The notes beneath the pieces were generated by a model. The model did not search any database. It was not told where the DNA came from and saw nothing but the letters and a program-made list of their open reading frames with translations. Source: Nitrosopumilaceae archaeon (lineage in GTDB: Archaea; Thermoproteota; Nitrososphaeria; Nitrososphaerales; Nitrosopumilaceae). Taken from it: a stretch of 64,000 bases of DNA. This document shows positions 41,926 through 52,787 of this stretch, in pieces (position 1 is the first letter of the stretch; each line of letters begins with the position of its first letter). Made by a program: the position numbers and the translations under genes. Location of the stretch: positions 2,400,001 to 2,464,000 of the forward strand of contig CBDCCK010000002.1 of the NCBI GenBank assembly GCA_965214835.1. Reading direction: 5' to 3'.

Positions 41926-43341
41926 CAGTAGTTCCTCGATGTACTTTTGCAGGCACGATAATTACGCAATTTGCCGAGATTTTTTGACCATCATACTATA
42001 GATCAGGCGGTGTGCCAACCATCATCATGTCAGTAACACAAAACGACGTGTTTGCACACCAGTTTGACATAACATCGAGACAGTTTAAAACATTGCGACG
42101 GCGGTTTCCCAAGCTCGGGCTGGCCGTCTCAAAGAGTCGCAACGCAGTGTATGACCACATCGACGCACTGCGCGTTCTATATTTCATGTCTGAGAGGAGG
42201 ATGTTTGCAGAATCTGCCGTGACGCACCTTCGCAGGCGGGCCTCAAAATGCAGCAGGCAGCAGCATGACGACGGGGCTGCCTCCAAGGGCGGCGCGTATA
42301 GTTGCCGTACGCCTAGTCCGGACTGGATCCTAAAGGCGATCCGGGGCGTCAGCCTGGATGATGCGCAAAAGTGGTGCAGCTCCATGCTGCAGCATACGGT
42401 AAGGTGCGCCCGCAGGTCAGGCATGCTGCACAACACGGACGTCGTGGCAGTGGACGTTACCGACGTGGAATACTATGGCAAGGGCCTGGAGGATATCGCC
42501 AGAAAGTCAAAGCCCAAGAACGGCACGTCGACGTTTCTCTCGCACATTACCATGCACGGAATAGGATCAGATGACGGGTCTGACCTCGTGCTTTCCTCGC
42601 TGCAGCTTCCAAAAGAGGCAAAACTGGCCGATTTCGTGCCTAAAATGATCCGCAAGGCGTCCAGATCAGGGATGAGGATCAAGACGTTCCTGTATGACCG
42701 CGGGTTCTTTAACGTGGACTGCATGAGGGCTGCAGAAACAAGCACGGGCAGCTACATCATGCCTGCCGTCAAGAACAGGAGGATAGTGGCGGCAATAGAG
42801 GAGCATGACCGCGGAGAACGCGGTGCGGTATCAAAATATACAATGACCAACAAGGACGGCAAGAGCGCCACATTCAGGCTAGTCATTGTGGAAAAGGACG
42901 AGGTAGAAAAGGACGGCACGGCAGCAGCAAAGAAGGACAAGGCAGAAGAGACCATAGCCGACAGGTATCTGGTCTTTGCCACCAACATGTCTGCTAAAAG
43001 TGCAGAGGCAGTCATTGAGCAGATACCGGAGGAGTACCGCAGTCGGTGGGGAATCGAGACCGGGTTCAGGGTGATCAAGGGGATAATGGGCAAGACGTGC
43101 AGCAATTCCCCGGTCGTCAGGCTGCTGCTGTTCTATATGTCTGTCATACTGTACAACCTGTGGAGGACTGCCGTGTTCATAGACGTGGAATCCAAGTGGG
43201 ACGGATTTGCAGGAGGGAAGGGGTTTACCATGATGCTGTTTGTCGCGTGCATTGTCGATGCGGCCGACTCGTTTGTAAACGATCGCGGAAAGTAGCGGAG
43301 GTGCCGTGTCGGGTCTGCAAAAGTACATCTAGGAAGTACTG
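41926..43341 (+). mobile_element. ISH3-family (IS4 superfamily) element
   Basis: 27-bp TIR CAGTA(G/C)TTCCT(C/A)GATGTACTTTTGCAG; 4-bp TSD ATGT. Confidence 0.9.
42012..43295 (+). CDS. ISH3-type DDE transposase
   Basis: VAVDVTDVEYYG, YDRGFF, FATN, YRSRWGIETGFR, LYNLW. Confidence 0.9.
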   Translation: MPTIIMSVTQNDVFAHQFDITSRQFKTLRRRFPKLGLAVSKSRNAVYDHIDALRVLYFMSERRMFAESAVTHLRRRASKCSRQQHDDGAASKGGAYSCRTPSPDWILKAIRGVSLDDAQKWCSSMLQHTVRCARRSGMLHNTDVVAVDVTDVEYYGKGLEDIARKSKPKNGTSTFLSHITMHGIGSDDGSDLVLSSLQLPKEAKLADFVPKMIRKASRSGMRIKTFLYDRGFFNVDCMRAAETSTGSYIMPAVKNRRIVAAIEEHDRGERGAVSKYTMTNKDGKSATFRLVIVEKDEVEKDGTAAAKKDKAEETIADRYLVFATNMSAKSAEAVIEQIPEEYRSRWGIETGFRVIKGIMGKTCSNSPVVRLLLFYMSVILYNLWRTAVFIDVESKWDGFAGGKGFTMMLFVACIVDAADSFVNDRGK

Positions 43342-44038
43342 ATGTGCCTATCCAGCCTGAGATCAATGCTGCCAGAGACTGTATCCTCAGAACAGCGCAC
43401 CCCAATCCAGTACGTCGTTCCAGAATGAGGGGCATAAAAGTCACCCAACCTGAGAAGAAACACCTTGTCCTCGTTTAAAACGGTAAACTCTTCGGGAACA
43501 AAGATACGTATGTGGGTAAGTATGTTATCCGTACCATAGGTGCCAAGCTCACTGTGTGTGGCAGTACCGTTTGGGTGATACCAGGATACCGTGTACGGTA
43601 TTGAAACCGTCTGGCCTACCGAGATCGAGCCGGGAAACTCGACGGTACTCAGAACCGGATAATGCTTTTCAATGCCGTGTGCCTTGGATTCTCCAATGCC
43701 AGAATAGCTGTATTTTTCAGGCAGTACGTATGCATTAGAATTCGAAACCACGATTCTGCCCAACCCCCTTTGTTCCAGTTTTTTGGCAGTCTCCTTGCTT
43801 ACGCAGGCAGGCGTCCCTCCAGTCATCTCCATCAGAATCTTTGAGTCCCTGCACTGTACCTGTTCCAGTGGCACCCCATGTGCGTGCTGTACCATTGGCG
43901 GTTCAATCTCTGCAAACGCTTCCGTTGCTCCCAATCCGACTGCCAACGCCGCCAGCATCACCACCACTTTTGCGTTCTTGTAAGTCATTGCATATCTGCA
44001 CGTCACTCTGCTATGTGATCCCACGAGTACATAAGACC

Positions 44039-45377
44039 TGGTGAGGACCCCGCTAGAATAGGAACGCTTTTTTTCGCACACTTTTTGAGTCAGGAGGTCG
44101 AATCACAAATATGACCAAGAAAACATGGAGTACGCAGGACAAGATAGGGATAGTCATGGAGCACATCAACACCAACATCGAGACGGCAGAGCTGTGCCGC
44201 CGCCACAACTGGCCCCTAGGACGTTTTACCAGTGGAGGGAGCGCTTTTTGCAGGCCGGACGCGCCTCACTGTCAGGCAGGGGCCACAAGTCAACAGAGGA
44301 GCGGCAGCAAAAGGAGATCGAGTCGCTCAAGAAAATAGTCGGAGAGTACGCCGTGGCCAATGCGGTATTAAAAAAAACCTTGGAGGCAGGCAAAAGGTGA
44401 TGGCCGCAACCGAGCTGAAGAGCAAGGGATGGAGCACACGCACATCACTGCAGTACAGCGGGGCAACCAGGACTGCACTGTACTACGAGAAGACGCCCAG
44501 AAAGGTGTTGCCTGACAGGCAGACTGTCATGCATGTGGAACGGATTGGTAAGCAGAGGCCTACATACGGCACGCGCCGCATGGTAGCCCAGATAAGACGC
44601 CAGACCGGCGTGCCGACAAACCGCAAAAGGATACAGCAGATATACCGCAAAATAGGCTGGATCACGCCTAAAAAGACCAAAAACGACATAATCCGGGCCG
44701 GTAAAAGGGGCAGGTTCAAGCCCACAGGACCAAACCAACTGTGGGAGACTGACATCACGTACGTCTGGTGTGGCGTTGACGGGTGGTGCTACTGCTTTAA
44801 CGTAATCGATACGTTCACCCGGAAGTGGATAACATACGTATTTGACACGCAGGCCACCGCACAGGTAGCAGTCGAATCGCTGACAAAGGCAGTCTCCACG
44901 ATTTCGGCAGACGAGGCGCGCGGCCTGCTGGTCAGAAGTGACAACGGCGTCCAGTATACGAGCCGCGAATTCAAGGAAAGCATGAAGGCGCTTGGGGTAA
45001 GGTGTGAGTACATCTGGCACAACACGCCCGAGCAGAACGGACATGTCGAGTCATTTCACAAGACTTGTGGTCAGGGCAGCCCCCGGCAAGAGTGGTGGAT
45101 CGAGCAGAACGGACATGTCGAGTCATTTCACAAGACCCTCAAAAAGGAGTACGTCTGGCCGCACGACTTTGCCAGGTTCCAGGATGCAGAAGCCGTCCTG
45201 GCAGAGGCGTTTGCGGACTACAACCAGGACAGGATCCACTCGGCGCTGGGATACCTGACACCAGACGAGTTTGTCCGAAAAACCCAGAAAAGACAGGAGG
45301 AGGTGCCTCAAAAATGAGCGATCAATGTGTGCATAAAATGTTGCCAAAATCGTTCCTACTCATAGGGGTCCACTCCA
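44039..45377 (+). mobile_element. IS3-family element (orfA frameshifted; orfB with a 72-bp in-frame insertion)
   Basis: TG...CA imperfect TIRs; orfA from 44111; A8 slippery site near 44370; orfB WETDITY, SDNGVQY, NGHVESFH, YN..RIHSALGY. Confidence 0.9.
45029..45136. repeat. 36-bp exact duplication around a 36-bp foreign insert inside IS3 orfB
   Basis: CGAGCAGAACGGACATGTCGAGTCATTTCACAAGAC at 45029-45064 and 45101-45136. Confidence 0.95.
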
Positions 45378-45871
45378 CGGATACGGCATATTTGACAACG
45401 CGACTACAGAAAACGCCCTCAAGGTGCTTGACGGGGCCATGCAGAAGCACGGCAGGCCCGCCTCCATAATGACGGACCACGGAAGCCAGTTTTACGCAAA
45501 CGAAAAACAGGGTGCAAAGAGGGGGCACAGCGAGTTCGAGGAGAGCCTAGAGGCCCTAGGCATACGGCAGGTCCTTGCCGGGGTGCGCCACCCGCAGACA
45601 AACGGCAAGGTCGAGAGGCTGCACGGCGAGATACAGCGCAAGCTGCACGAGTTTGAGGATATCATGATGAGAACAAGCGATCCCATGGATCTGTTCATGA
45701 AATGGTACAACTACGACAGGCCCCACATGTCCCTTGACTGGGATAACCAGGAGACGCCGGCGCAGGCATATGAGCGCAAGATGCCCCCTGCGGGCGAAAC
45801 GGTCATAGATGGGCAGACCGGGGAGGAATATCATGTCAGATAGGGGGGTGAACTACTTTTCGGATCCCACA
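45378..45871 (+). mobile_element. IS481-family 3' remnant
   Basis: TDHGSQF, HPQTNGKVERLH, YNYDRPHMSL; end GGGGTGAACTACTTTTCGGATCCCACA. Confidence 0.8.
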
Positions 45872-45922
45872 CACAGAACCACTACGCACAATCTTTTTTT
45901 ATAGGCCAGTGGAACAACAAGC

Positions 45923-46060
45923 ATGTCTGGAACAAAGCAACTAGAATCCCCGCCATTGTCTGACGAGGAGATACGGGACATCAAAGAGTTTTACGCCCAT
46001 CCCGAAGGACACAAAAAAGGAACCCTTCAAGATCTGCTTGATGAACTGCACAGAGTATAG
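45923..46060 (+). CDS. Probable 45-aa antitoxin (below the ORF-track cutoff)
   Basis: MSGTKQLESPPLSDEEIRDIKEFY...TLQDLLDELHRV*; acidic; ends 2 bp before the RelE-like gene. Confidence 0.7.
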   Translation: MSGTKQLESPPLSDEEIRDIKEFYAHPEGHKKGTLQDLLDELHRV

Positions 46061-46062
46061 GA

Positions 46063-46326
46063 ATGTGGGAGTTAATCTGGTCTGAAAGATTCATCAAGCA
46101 GTACAAAAAACTGGACAGTAAAATAAGACAGAGTGTAGATGATGCAATTATCGTCCTTGCAACATCTGATAGTCCGTCTGCCCTTGGCACATACAAATCC
46201 GGAATGAGAACGTTTTCCTATGAGTTGGGCCGCAAACATAGAATCATATACTTTATCCAATATCAAGCTGGAGCAATAGAACTGCTACGAGTGTGTGACC
46301 ACAAGTCAGCATACGGTAAGGACTGA
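46063..46326 (+). CDS. RelE/ParE-superfamily toxin
   Basis: MWELIWSERFIKQYKKL...RIIY...LLRVCDHKSAY. Confidence 0.8.
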   Translation: MWELIWSERFIKQYKKLDSKIRQSVDDAIIVLATSDSPSALGTYKSGMRTFSYELGRKHRIIYFIQYQAGAIELLRVCDHKSAYGKD

Positions 46327-46544
46327 CTCCATCTCACACCGGAGACGATCCCATCCGGACTCGCATCATACCGTGACCTGCCCCGTATGGCAACTGGACC
46401 TTATGCGCAATCGACCGCGATTAAAAATTCCGCATGGTTTTCCAAACACAGGTGCGTTGATCAGATCAAACCACTGCATGCTAATGTGGATCCATGACTG
46501 CGCGATCCGCGACCCCTGCCTCCATACACGCTATCCAATACCCT

Positions 46545-48173
46545 AGACCTTATGCGTAATCGACCGGATCGAAATATTCCGACGGTGGCCGGCCACACAT
46601 GCAAGGCTGACGGCATCACATGACGTGTATGAGGACGGCACAGTCCGTATATAGTGCAGCTACGAACCGTTCCAGCTGGTAAAAACTACAATGTCGTGCG
46701 GCATCGTGTGGCGCCGCAATGCGCTCCGTATCGTGATATCAGAACCCACGCATGAGCTTCTTGTTCCGCTTGTCCCACAGCAGCCTAAAGTTGGCAAGCC
46801 CGGCCGTCACCTGGAACTCCCTGTCGAACTCCTCGGCGGTCCCGTCGTACGGATCACGCATCCGCTTGTACTGCTTTATCCGTCCTATGGCGTGCTCTAT
46901 CGTCACCCTCTTGCTGCTTATCCTCCTGTTCTGCGCTTTCTGTTTCTTTGTAAGCTTGCCCACTTGGCTTCTTGTCGGGCTGCACGGATCTGGCCCCTGG
47001 ATACACCTCCTCGATTCCCATGTATGCCAGGTCAGAGAACATCTTTACCTTCTCGTCCTCGGGGTGCTTTCTGTTGCTGCGCATCCTGGCAGTCAGGATT
47101 CCCAGATCCGGTGGGTTGTTCTTTATCATGGTGAGGTCGTGCACGCTTCCGGGCGCCGACTTGCATATATCGACAGTCCCTTCTTGCTGGCAATCACCTG
47201 GGTGTTGCGCGTAAAGCTCTTCTTCTTGCCCGAGTATGCCCCCCTTTCTTGGCTCCTTGTTTGTGGGGCGCTGTATGTCGATGTGCGTGCCGTCTACAAT
47301 CACGGTCAGATCCGGGACGATCTCCCTGAGCCCCTCGATCGTGCGGGCGTTTCGTATCTTTCGTGATACGGCGTCCGGCGTGGGCAGTATCTTGAGAAAT
47401 ATCATGTCGCAATACCTGAGGTACCTGCATACCGTGCTCTGGTCTATGCCAAAGAACGCCGCAAGCTGCTCCTGTGTCGGGTTTCCGTACTTGCGCATCA
47501 GCGACATCAGCAGGGCGTGGCGGTAGGACAGCTTGCACCGGTTTCCAGGCAAGTTGTCCTCGTCTTCTGAGAACAGGGGGCCTTCTGTGTGCTTTTTGGC
47601 AAGCTTCGTAAACCGGTCGGATGTATGGTCAAGCTGGCGGCGGTCCATCGACGTGGTGGGCTGCAGGAACCCGCCGCCGATTATGTCCTCGAGCACCTCG
47701 AGCCTGTGCATGAACGCGGCGTTGTTTACGGTACGCCTGTCGTCATCTCAGGTTGCGGGCCACATCTGGCGCTCAGCGTCCAGCCGCCGCTCCAGCTGCC
47801 CTATCCTCCCCTGATCCCGCTCGTGCCTCCTGCCGTCCTGCCTGCTCTTCTTCTCGTACTCTCTGATCTTCTTCCTGTACTGCATCCTCTCCTTCCTGCC
47901 CCGCGCCTTCTCCCTCCTGTACTGCACATTCTCTTTCTCGTACTGCTCGATTCTCTTCCTCAGCAGTCGTATCAACTCGGTCTCGGACTTTGCCATTACT
48001 CTTGTGCGGGAATGGATCCCGGATCTAAATCAACCGGATGAAAATACCTGCAGGTTTGATCAAATATTTTCCACATAATGAGGCGCCGTCGCGCGTGCGC
48101 CGGCCCTGACTCGCCCCATTTGTAGCCCGTGCGCCGGGGGCATCGCCGCTAATTTCGTTTACGCATAAGGTCT
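46545..48173 (-). mobile_element. IS5-family element, degenerate inverted copy of 3930-5647
   Basis: Same TIRs; transposase broken by a stop codon and frameshifts. Confidence 0.9.
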
Positions 48174-48263
48174 ATAGATGGTTACAGTGCGCAGCTGTCC
48201 AAAAAGATACTTTGAAGCAAACCTACAGCTTGTATCGTACCTGCTAAGAAACGAGGATTTTTG

Positions 48264-48372
48264 GTAGCAGCTCGGGCTCGAAGCTCAGGCGTGAGTTCTG
48301 CAACCTCGGAGGGCACTCCCGGGCATATTCGTGCCTGAAATTAGGAATGGCTTCTAGGGCCCGAGCTGTCAC
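48264..48372. mobile_element. IS66-derived MITE (diverged)
   Basis: GTAGCAGCTCGGGCTCGAAGCTCAGGCGTGAG...GCCCGAGCTGTCAC, similar to 38718. Confidence 0.75.
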
Positions 48373-48374
48373 CG

Positions 48375-48762
48375 TTAGTGTTTTAGATTTGTTTTTACTT
48401 TGTCAAGAATTCTTTCTGCCCACTTTATGGTATTTTCTGCCTGGCTGTCACTCATCAAATCCGGTTGATACTCATGCATTTTTCAGACCAAGCAGTGAGC
48501 CAAACTGTCTTTCCATCTCTTTGAATTCCGGGCCAGAAAGGATGCCTTTTACCAGCAACAATACATCGGCATGTGATCCTGAGGCACGTTTGCTTAGATG
48601 AAAGATTGTAAGTGCATCCAATGCGTTAATTGCACTGTGTATACAATTCATCACAGTGCTGTCATATGCATGTCGTTCTAGTGCAATTTTTGCTAGTTGC
48701 ATCGAGTTTTCTGCTTTTGTGGTGTGATTTGCATATTTTTGAGAATCTACGTCTCTAGTCAC
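48375..48762 (-). pseudogene. HEPN-domain toxin frameshifted in its catalytic motif
   Basis: HSAINALDALT..HAD..LKNA* then, in a shifted frame, EYQPDLMSDSQAENTIKWAERILDKV. Confidence 0.8.
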
Positions 48763-49376
48763 CGCATCATACTCTCCAAGCCCTTGCCACAAATCATGAC
48801 ATGGTCTGCAACGATTGAACGGATCAAGTCGCTTTCCTTTTTGGATTGGAGTTCTTTTTGCGAGAGCGTCATTGGTGCAAGCTGGGCATGAAACACTTCT
48901 GCCACTTCTACCAGTGCGTTTGAAATTATTTGGCTTGCGGCGTCAAAATCGTTTGATATGACAAGTATGTCGACGTCGCTATCTGGCTTCTCCTTACCCT
49001 TTGCGACACTTCCAAACAGCGCAGCAGAGACGATGACTTTCTTTCTGTCAAGATTTTTTTTCAGAACTTTGAGCAGCTCCTCCAAAGCATCTTCTTCGGT
49101 TTTGAAGACAGGTTCGATTACCTTGTTGAGGATGTAGTTTTTCCTGTTCAGGGATAGCTGGTGCGACCTGCCAACGGGCTGAACCGTGACGATGCCAAGA
49201 TCCTCAAGATCACGAATCGTGAGGGCCGCCTCGTTGACAGAGACATTTGCCGTTCTGGCAAGGCCTCTTTTGGTAAAGATCTTGGCCGGATACCGGACCA
49301 TTGTTCTAAGTACGCGTATGGCTGCCTTGCTGCCCAAGACTTGCTCAAGACAGTCGTGGAATTGCATCACCATCAT
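48759..49376 (-). CDS. wHTH + minimal nucleotidyltransferase (MNT antitoxin)
   Basis: N-terminal HTH; LFGSVAKG...SDVDILVI. Confidence 0.88.
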   Translation of the reverse strand: MMVMQFHDCLEQVLGSKAAIRVLRTMVRYPAKIFTKRGLARTANVSVNEAALTIRDLEDLGIVTVQPVGRSHQLSLNRKNYILNKVIEPVFKTEEDALEELLKVLKKNLDRKKVIVSAALFGSVAKGKEKPDSDVDILVISNDFDAASQIISNALVEVAEVFHAQLAPMTLSQKELQSKKESDLIRSIVADHVMICGKGLESMMR

Positions 49377-49414
49377 GTCCCATATTTAAGACATATGTCC
49401 CATATTTAAGACAT
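49375..49414 (-). promoter_or_regulatory. Tandem 20-bp palindromic operator/promoter of the MNT-HEPN operon
   Basis: ATGTCCCATATTTAAGACAT x2; ATGTC..GACAT arms enclose a TTAAATA box on the minus strand. Confidence 0.6.
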
Positions 49415-49600
49415 AATCTGTGATAAAATGATTGCCGCACGGCAAGGTTTTCTTCCATGGTGCTTTGTGTCTGAGAGATTTCGCATAGACGCGATACGGA
49501 CAATAAATCACTCTGCTTTCTTTTTGACGGATTTTGTTTTTTATTTTATTACCTCGTGTGTTTCAGAGCAAGAAAAGGCAGTCTGGTTTAGAGTCATGGG

Positions 49601-50145
49601 TCTACAATCCAAAAAGTAGTTCACCCCTTCTCCGAGGGTCAAGTCGGTAAGGATCAGATGCACGGGCCTCATGCATGCCACTGGAAACAGGGGTGTGTGG
49701 GTCTGGCGCAAAAGGGCCTAGTAAATACGTCAGTCTTGCACGCCCCAACAACATGAATCTAAACAAGTCCGGCGTACGGTGGATAGTACGCCAAAAGCAA
49801 AAGGGGGACATGACAAACGCCCCAGATAGCCCAGTCCATGAACGTCTCGGTCCGCCGGGTACAGAAACCGTGGGCCCGGCACAGGTCAGGCACCGTACAG
49901 GACATATCTCACCCCGCACGGATGGGAAGGCCCCAGAACGGCATGCCCGGGCGCAGGGAGCACTCGGCAGTCCTCTCGGTGCGGCCCTCCGAGCGCCTGG
50001 GTGCGGCACCACTGCAGGATCTCACAAGGGAGAATACCGGGATTAATATCCTGCGACATACACTGCACGGCGTGCTAAAGGACGAGGAGGTGGCCAGAGA
50101 CGAGCCCAACGGGCGCAGAAAACGCAGGTGGCTGCCCCCGGAGGC
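49601..50145 (+). mobile_element. IS481-family 5' remnant
   Basis: ATCCAAAAAGTAGTTCACCCC is the inverted match of the 45845-45871 end; degraded HTH reading frames. Confidence 0.65.
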
Positions 50146-50203
50146 CGGAGTTCTGGGTGAGATCTGGAAGAACGCTTTAAAAGAGAAACTGCAGCAGTGA
50201 GCC

Positions 50204-50935
50204 ATGGCAGAGGTCGGAATCGCAGTGGCGGTTTTGGCAGGGATCGGCTCCTTTGTTGCGCCGTGCATCCTGCCGATGATTCCGGCATTTCTTGCGTATA
50301 TCTCGGGAACGACGGTCTCGGAGATGAGCCAGAACAGGTCAAGCACGCTGGTCGTAAACAGGGCAAACATCGTCCTCAACGCCGTATTTTTCGTACTGGG
50401 GTTTTCGGTGGTGTTCTCAATACTGGGGGCAGTCATCAACGGGGTTCTTGCAAGCTCTGCAGGCGAGCTTGTGACTGGATTCAACCAGGCAGGCGGAATC
50501 ATAATTGTCGGCTTTGGGGCGTTTTTGCTGCTATCGACCAGGATTGCAAGGTTAAACGTCGAGAAAAAGTTCTTTCCAAAGCGTGACCGGGCAAGCTATC
50601 CGATGTCCTTTGTCTTTGGCCTGGCCTTTGCGGCGGGGTGGACCCCGTGTGTCGGGCCGGTTCTGGGTACCATACTCACGCTGGCAGCCACCACGCCGGC
50701 AATTGCGTTTAACCTGCTTTTGGCATATTCGCTGGGGCTTGGAATCCCGTTTGTGCTGATGGCGGTGTTTTTCTCAAGGGCAAACAGGCTAATCCGCGCA
50801 ATGAGCAGGCATCTGAAGTACTATTCTGCAGTGCTTGGCGCCTTTATCATGGTGCTGGGAGTGCTGGTGTTTTTCAACCAGCTGGCATACATTGCAAACT
50901 TTCCCCTGCTAAACGAGCTGCTCCTACTTGGGTGA
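50204..50935 (+). CDS. ccdA: Cytochrome c biogenesis / disulfide reducer CcdA
   Basis: SFVAPCILP, GWTPCVGP, YSLGLGIPF. Confidence 0.9.
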   Translation: MAEVGIAVAVLAGIGSFVAPCILPMIPAFLAYISGTTVSEMSQNRSSTLVVNRANIVLNAVFFVLGFSVVFSILGAVINGVLASSAGELVTGFNQAGGIIIVGFGAFLLLSTRIARLNVEKKFFPKRDRASYPMSFVFGLAFAAGWTPCVGPVLGTILTLAATTPAIAFNLLLAYSLGLGIPFVLMAVFFSRANRLIRAMSRHLKYYSAVLGAFIMVLGVLVFFNQLAYIANFPLLNELLLLG

Positions 50936-50936
50936 T

Positions 50937-52052
50937 ATGATGAGATCCGAGTACAAGACAGCAGTTGTGATGGTGGCCATAGTCGGGGGAATTGTGGGGA
51001 TAGCAAGCCTGGTCCTAGGGCAGTATGAGACCGACTCGTTCCAATCAGGCACGATACAGACAGATGACGGGATGAGGCTGGCAGACATTGACAAGTCCGG
51101 CCTGAAGAGATCACCGGGAATCGTAGGCATTGAGCAGTACGTCAACACCACCCCAGAGGAGCTGGAGGAGCTGACAAGGGACAGGGTGGTCCTTTATGAC
51201 ATATGGACGTACAGCTGCATCAACTGCGTCCGGACCCTGCCGTATATCACGGCCTGGGATGAAAAGTACTCAGATGAGGGCCTGGTAATAATCGGTGTCC
51301 ACACGCCGGAGTTTGAATTCGAAAAGGAGCTACACAACGTAGAGCTTGCAGTATCAAAGCACGGAATCAAGTATCCCGTCGTGCTGGACAACGACTGGGA
51401 GACGTGGAAGGCCTTTGAGAACAGGTACTGGCCTAGAAAGTACATTGCAGACCACGAGGGGTACATCAGGTACGATCATATCGGCGAGGGCGGATACGCA
51501 GAGACTGAAAGGGTGATCCAGCAGCTGCTCGAGGAGAGGGCAGTCTCGCTGGGGCTCAATGTGGCCTCCGCATCATCCCTGGTGGATCTGCAGGAGTTTG
51601 AGCACACAAGGTACAGGACCCCGGAGCTATACTTTGGATACGAGCTGGCGTTTGGCAGAAGCCAGCTGGGAAATCCCGAGGGGTTCAGGCCCCACGAGCA
51701 GGTGGCGTACACCGTCGCCGGGCCGATGGAGCAGCACAGGTTCTACATGGAGGGAACATGGGAGAACAATCCCGATCACATGAGGCTGGTCTCAGGCGAG
51801 GGTGCAGTCCACCTGCCATATGTTGCAAAGCAGGTAAACATAGTGGCCGCAGGACAGGGCAAGCTGCAGGTGCTGCTAGACGGGGAGCCCGTCCCAGAAG
51901 AGATCGCAGGCAGCGACATCAGGGATGGAATGCTGGTGCTAGACGGCCCTGCCCTGTACAACCTGGTTGAGGGGGAGGCCTCCGAGGAGCACGTCATCCA
52001 GATCGTGGTGGGGGAGGCGGGCTTTGAGATGTACACGTTTACCTTCGGATAG
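50937..52052 (+). CDS. DipZ-like redoxin
   Basis: WTYSCINC, GVHTPEF, NRYWP, TPELYFG, C-terminal YTFTFG. Confidence 0.9.
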   Translation: MMRSEYKTAVVMVAIVGGIVGIASLVLGQYETDSFQSGTIQTDDGMRLADIDKSGLKRSPGIVGIEQYVNTTPEELEELTRDRVVLYDIWTYSCINCVRTLPYITAWDEKYSDEGLVIIGVHTPEFEFEKELHNVELAVSKHGIKYPVVLDNDWETWKAFENRYWPRKYIADHEGYIRYDHIGEGGYAETERVIQQLLEERAVSLGLNVASASSLVDLQEFEHTRYRTPELYFGYELAFGRSQLGNPEGFRPHEQVAYTVAGPMEQHRFYMEGTWENNPDHMRLVSGEGAVHLPYVAKQVNIVAAGQGKLQVLLDGEPVPEEIAGSDIRDGMLVLDGPALYNLVEGEASEEHVIQIVVGEAGFEMYTFTFG

Positions 52053-52142
52053 TGTAACCGGACACCCCTGTAACCGCAGTGACAAAAAACGCAGTTACAA
52101 ATCGGTTTAAAGACCGGATTTTCACCAAGTGTGGGGAAAGGC

Positions 52143-52787
52143 GTGATATCTGACGGATGGAGCAAGCGTGGGGGGGCAAGCATCTCAAGCAGGGTCCTAG
52201 GCGCAGTAAAGCAGGAGGTTCCGTTAAAGAACAAGATCGAGCTTGCACAGAGAAAGCTGTCGGTCCAGATCACAAAGCTGGACTCTATCCAGTCAAAGCT
52301 GCAGAAAAAGCACGACATGATATTTGAGCGGATCGTGACTGCCCAGAGGAGCCACAGCAGCTCCTATGCCAAGGCATACGCCGCAGAACTCTCCCAAGTC
52401 AGGAAGATGAAGACCATGGTGGATGGTGCAAAGCTGTCCATGGAGCAGATACAGCTCAGGCTCAACACGGTATCGGAGCTAGGAGACGTAGTCGTGACGC
52501 TTAGCCCGTGCATGTCCATCATCAGGGGGCTGAGCTCGTCAATCGGCGGAATCATGCCGGAGGCCAACGCATCAATGCAGGATCTCTCATCTGTACTCGG
52601 GGACGTGATGAACAACTCCTCTGTGGGCAGCGTGGAGGTGGGAATCAGCGAGCAGTCCAGTAGCGAGGCAAACTCGATACTTGCAGAGGCGCAGTCAATA
52701 CTGGAAAGCCAGACAAAGTCAAGCATTCCGGACGTCCCATCCGAGCTGCGGGCCGGTGCCAGGCAAAGATCCCAGACCCTGATTTAG
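52143..52787 (+). CDS. Snf7/CdvB-like ESCRT-III protein
   Basis: YAAELSQVRKM, EQIQLRLNTVSELGD, IMPEA, ILAEA. Confidence 0.88.
   Translation: MISDGWSKRGGASISSRVLGAVKQEVPLKNKIELAQRKLSVQITKLDSIQSKLQKKHDMIFERIVTAQRSHSSSYAKAYAAELSQVRKMKTMVDGAKLSMEQIQLRLNTVSELGDVVVTLSPCMSIIRGLSSSIGGIMPEANASMQDLSSVLGDVMNNSSVGSVEVGISEQSSSEANSILAEAQSILESQTKSSIPDVPSELRAGARQRSQTLI

Larger units (their letters stand above)
41279..43988 (-). pseudogene. Secreted thaumarchaeal surface-type protein split by an ISH3 element
   Basis: Signal MTYKNAKVVV..EAFA; small Cys domain; removing the IS and one ATGT gives in-frame LDRH-MYHDRD (about 429 aa); stop codon supplied by the hairpin repeat. Confidence 0.8.
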
